54,501 nucleotides of DNA. Source: Synechococcus sp. (lineage in GTDB: Bacteria > Cyanobacteriota > Cyanobacteriia > Thermostichales > PCC-7336). Below are positions 51,120 through 54,501 of this stretch, piece by piece. The notes beneath the pieces were generated by a model that was not told the origin of the DNA, did no database searches, and saw nothing but the letters and a program-made list of their open reading frames with translations. Within the stretch, counting starts at the first letter, position 1. Each line of letters begins with the position of its first letter. The position numbers and the translations under genes are program-made. Location of the stretch: contig JBFRWN010000069.1 of NCBI GenBank assembly GCA_051439605.1, forward strand, positions 1 through 54,501, given 5' to 3'.

Positions 51120-51250
51120 ACAGTTTTTGCACCCGAGCGGGTTCAACACGTGCAGAGGACGCTTTGCTTCCTCTCAACTTCATTCTCCTGACCTTGTGTC
51201 GGAGTAACCCAGACCACAAACGATACCATCCAGTTCATCGATACAGAACC

Positions 51251-54200
51251 ATGACACAAGCACCTCAGAAACCCAACACCACCCAATCCGATCTCGAGCG
51301 ATCGAATCGACAGTTGAGTGGCAACATCGCAGACTCTATGTCCGTTTCCCGCGAGTTTTCTCAGGCTTCACCCGAACGCCCTGAAACCTCTGCTGTGATG
51401 TATCGGGCAGTAGCACCCGACAATGAGAAAATTGGCGGGACGCTGAGAAGCCGATTGCTGTTGACCCTGGTGCCAACGGTATTGCTACCGCTGGGTCTGT
51501 TGGGTGGTATCAACATCTGGAACGCTCAGCAAGAAGCTTACGAAACCCTGGAAGAAAAGCTCGAAGGTCAAGCGGAGCTGGCAACCGAAATTGCCGACAA
51601 CGCGATGGAAACGGCCCTCATTACCCCCGAGACGATTGCCCAAAACCCGCTCGTGATCGATGCTGCTCGATCGGCCAGTCAGAAAGCGGAAGCAGACGGG
51701 CTACCGCAACTATCGATAGACGACGTTGAAGCGCGCTTCGCTTCCAGCAAGCTGCTCTCCCCCAACCAGCGGCTCAACGATTACTTAGTCTCTGTTGCTG
51801 AATCCTCGGGTTTGGCTGAAGTCTTTTTCACCGAGCGTAATGGATATAATGTCGCGTTTAGCAACGCAACCTCTGACTTCGTTCAGAGCGACGAGGGATG
51901 GTGGCAGCAGGGGAAAGCAGATATCCAGTGGGTAGATACCCCCGAATTCGATGAATCAGCCGGTACCTTCAGTATCGATATGATTCAAGCCATCACCGAT
52001 CCCGACTCGGGGGAAGTGCTGGGGGTCATGAAAGCGGTGCTGCCTGCAGCTGCTCTCGATGTTGTAGCGGATTACCTCGATGAATCAGGAATCACGGGAT
52101 CAACACAGATCGATCTGGTTGACCTCCGCAGTGCGAAAGCCCTGGCTTCTATTAACGCGGAAGGGACAAGGACGGGGGATGAGGTGGAAATCGACCCAAT
52201 CCTCGTTGAGGTTGCCACATTTATTCGCGAGGCCTACGAAGCCGCAGAAGCTGCAGGAACAGAAGTCGATACGAGCCTTCTGGTGGAAAATCTCAGCAGC
52301 CAATTCCCGATTATGGATGTTTCGATCGATGTAGAGGGCGACGAAGCAGGAGAAATAGAATTTCGAGAAGAAACTATTCCCACCGTTTCGTTCCATTACA
52401 ACCAGAAACACCACAGTTTATCGCTAGCATCCGACCTTCCCTGGGCGGCGCTCGCCTCGCTAGACCAAAGCGAGTTTACCTCAGCGAGTGCCAAAGAGAC
52501 TCGAAATCTACTGATTGAAATGGCGGTACTGTCTGCTCTGGCGATCGCAGTGATTTTGTGGCTCTCCAATCAGGTATCGCAACCCTTGGCGGCTCTGGCT
52601 CGGATTGCCGGTAAAGCAGCCGCAGGTGACTACGATGTCGAGGCTGAACCCACTGGCACTAGCGAAACCCAAACTCTAGCCGGAAGTTTCAACAACTTGG
52701 TGACGCAGGTTCGCGAACAGCTGCGCCAACAGGAGCTGACGGTGCAGCAAACCCAACTGTTGGCACAACTCGGTTCTGAAAGGGTGACCGAGTCTGACGA
52801 GCTATCAGCATTCTTCAACATGGCATTGAACCAAACCCGCCAGATGATGAAGGCCGATCGCACGGTCATCTATCGCTTCAATCCCGATTGGTCGGGCTAT
52901 ATCTCCAACGAGTCCGTCGCTCAAGGCTGGCCAGTAGCCCTCAACGACAGCATCGAAGATGCTTGCATCCCTCAAGAACTGATCGATGCTTACCTCAACG
53001 ATCGCGTTGTGCCCACCAGCGATGTGTACAACGCAGGATTCCATCCCGACCACCTGAAACTGATGGACCGGTTGCAAATTAAGGCCAATCTGGTGGTTCC
53101 CATCCTCAACCAAGGTCAGCTGTACGGCATTTTGGTAGCCCACCACTGCGCCAAGACCCACGAATGGACCGAAGCTGAAATCGGTTACATGCGTCAGTTG
53201 GCCTTGCTATTTGGCGCCAACCTTGACCGTGTTGCCAGTTTCCAACAGCAGCAGCAAGCAGCTGAAGAGCAACAGCAGGCAAAAGAATTCCTGCAAAAGC
53301 GAGCCCTCGAACTGCTGGTGGAGGTGGACCCCGTCAGCCAAGGGGACCTGACCGTACGGGCAAACGTGACCGAAGATGAAATCGGCACCATCGCCGACTC
53401 CTACAACGCCACGATTCGCAGCCTGCGCCAACTGGTAGAAACCGTTCAATCGGCCTCTTCCGAGGTGAACAGCACGACGGGTCAGAACGAAGCTTCAGTC
53501 AGGGAACTGTCGCAAGAAGCTCGATTGCAAGCCCAAAACATCGCCGACGCCCTCGAGCGCATTCAGGCCATGTCCGAGTCCATCCGTACGGTAGCCAGCA
53601 ACGCCGAAAAAGCCGAGGCGGCTGTGAAACAAGCGACCGCTACGGTGGAAGAAGGGGACTTGGCCATGAACCAGACGGTAGAAGGTTTCCAATCTATCCG
53701 AGAAACGGTGGCAGAAACCTCCAAGAAAGTAAAGCGCTTGGGTGAATCGTCGCAGGCTATTTCTAAGGTTGTGAACCTGATTGAAAACTTTGCCGCCCAA
53801 ACCAATCTGTTGGCACTGAACGCGTCGATTGAGGCGGCTCGTGCTGGGGAACAAGGACGAGGCTTTGCGGTGGTTGCGGAAGAAGTCCGCTCTCTGGCGC
53901 AACAGTCCTCTGAAGCAACCGCTGAAATTGAAAAGCTGGTGGCCGAAATTCAGACGGAAACCCAAGAGGTAGCGGCAGCGATGGAAGCCGGTACCGAACA
54001 GGTAGTGGCCGGTACGCAGTTAGTGGACCGCACCCGTCAAAGTCTGATTGACATTGCAGCGGCCAGTAGTGAAATCGACCAGTTAGTTGCATCCATTGCC
54101 GAAGCCACAACGCTGCAGAACCGCGACTCTGAAGCGGTGGGTCAAACCATGACCGCAGTGGCTGAAATTGCAGACAAAACAGCCACTTCCGCAACTGACG

Positions 54201-54277
54201 TATCGGACTCCTTCAAACGGCTGCTAGAGGTAACCGAGACTCTGGAAAGCAACATCGGTCAGTTCAAGTTGAGCTAG
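51251..54277 (+). CDS. pixJ: Methyl-accepting chemotaxis protein with Cache, HAMP and a DXCIP-type cyanobacteriochrome GAF domain (PixJ-like)
   Basis: TM - Cache ([18 protein letters not shown]) - TM - HAMP - GAF ([31 protein letters not shown]) - MCP signal domain ([31 protein letters not shown]). Likely start ATG 51251. Confidence 0.88.
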   Translation: MTQAPQKPNTTQSDLERSNRQLSGNIADSMSVSREFSQASPERPETSAVMYRAVAPDNEKIGGTLRSRLLLTLVPTVLLPLGLLGGINIWNAQQEAYETLEEKLEGQAELATEIADNAMETALITPETIAQNPLVIDAARSASQKAEADGLPQLSIDDVEARFASSKLLSPNQRLNDYLVSVAESSGLAEVFFTERNGYNVAFSNATSDFVQSDEGWWQQGKADIQWVDTPEFDESAGTFSIDMIQAITDPDSGEVLGVMKAVLPAAALDVVADYLDESGITGSTQIDLVDLRSAKALASINAEGTRTGDEVEIDPILVEVATFIREAYEAAEAAGTEVDTSLLVENLSSQFPIMDVSIDVEGDEAGEIEFREETIPTVSFHYNQKHHSLSLASDLPWAALASLDQSEFTSASAKETRNLLIEMAVLSALAIAVILWLSNQVSQPLAALARIAGKAAAGDYDVEAEPTGTSETQTLAGSFNNLVTQVREQLRQQELTVQQTQLLAQLGSERVTESDELSAFFNMALNQTRQMMKADRTVIYRFNPDWSGYISNESVAQGWPVALNDSIEDACIPQELIDAYLNDRVVPTSDVYNAGFHPDHLKLMDRLQIKANLVVPILNQGQLYGILVAHHCAKTHEWTEAEIGYMRQLALLFGANLDRVASFQQQQQAAEEQQQAKEFLQKRALELLVEVDPVSQGDLTVRANVTEDEIGTIADSYNATIRSLRQLVETVQSASSEVNSTTGQNEASVRELSQEARLQAQNIADALERIQAMSESIRTVASNAEKAEAAVKQATATVEEGDLAMNQTVEGFQSIRETVAETSKKVKRLGESSQAISKVVNLIENFAAQTNLLALNASIEAARAGEQGRGFAVVAEEVRSLAQQSSEATAEIEKLVAEIQTETQEVAAAMEAGTEQVVAGTQLVDRTRQSLIDIAAASSEIDQLVASIAEATTLQNRDSEAVGQTMTAVAEIADKTATSATDVSDSFKRLLEVTETLESNIGQFKLS

Positions 54278-54369
54278 CGCCAACTTATCCAGGTAGGGGG
54301 AGACCCGATCTCCCCTCTCTTACATAGCTTTTATTCGTTTCTGTTTAGCCGTTCTCCCTCTGCAAGCCA

Positions 54370-54501
54370 ATGGCCAGTACATTCGATCCGCAGGATCACG
54401 CTTACCAATTTTTTGCCGCCGAAGCACCGGAGCTGTTGCAAACGCTGGAATCAGGGTTGCTTGAATTATCGAGCGACAGCAGCACTGCCCAGGTCCACGA
54501 G
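54370..54501 (+). CDS. pixL: CheA-like hybrid kinase N-terminal Hpt domain (PixL-like), partial
   Basis: Manual translation MASTFDPQDHAYQFFAAEAPELLQTLESGLLELSSDSSTAQVHE runs off the window; F..EA.ELL..LE.GLL.L Hpt helix directly after the MCP. Confidence 0.8.
   Translation, partial: MASTFDPQDHAYQFFAAEAPELLQTLESGLLELSSDSSTAQVHE

Noticed and set aside
54296..54316. GGGGAGA/TCTCCCC hairpin between the MCP and CheA genes as a terminator
   Set aside because: No adjacent U-tract and it lies within an apparent operon; at most a processing or stability hairpin.

Overview
Cyanobacterial chromosomal window (frequent HIP1 octamers GCGATCGC; ycf3, ycf35/ycf46, ndhB, pix-type taxis genes). Most of it is housekeeping: ilvD, gatC, ycf3, SulP, lipA, trpG, HU, ndhB, TolC, tRNA-Gln, a UbiH-family hydroxylase and dapF. 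It starts inside a DDE transposase that the ORF track misses and ends inside a CheA. Three regions stand out. (1) 21.4-23.95 kb: a Crp/Fnr regulator flanked by an exported, His-less, Met-rich half-DUF305-like protein, a 17-aa sORF and an exported YHS-domain protein with Cys-rich NPCAA repeats. Three related T(A/G)TGA-N6-TCA-type boxes lie in the promoter regions, making this a candidate undescribed oxidant/metal-response regulon. (2) 32-43.4 kb: an accessory block after tRNA-Gln containing a glycogen phosphorylase with a ~186-aa unexplained C-terminal domain, DUF1622, TIGR03032-TPR, and a truncated N-ATPase operon split by an insert that carries a DeCLIC-like pentameric ligand-gated ion channel and an antiporter fragment. 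(3) 48.3-54.5 kb: a tax1/pix-type operon whose chemoreceptor has a single DXCIP-type cyanobacteriochrome GAF lacking the canonical Cys. No CRISPR array, rRNA or recognisable riboswitch was seen. All family assignments come from motif recognition by eye; no database searches were run.
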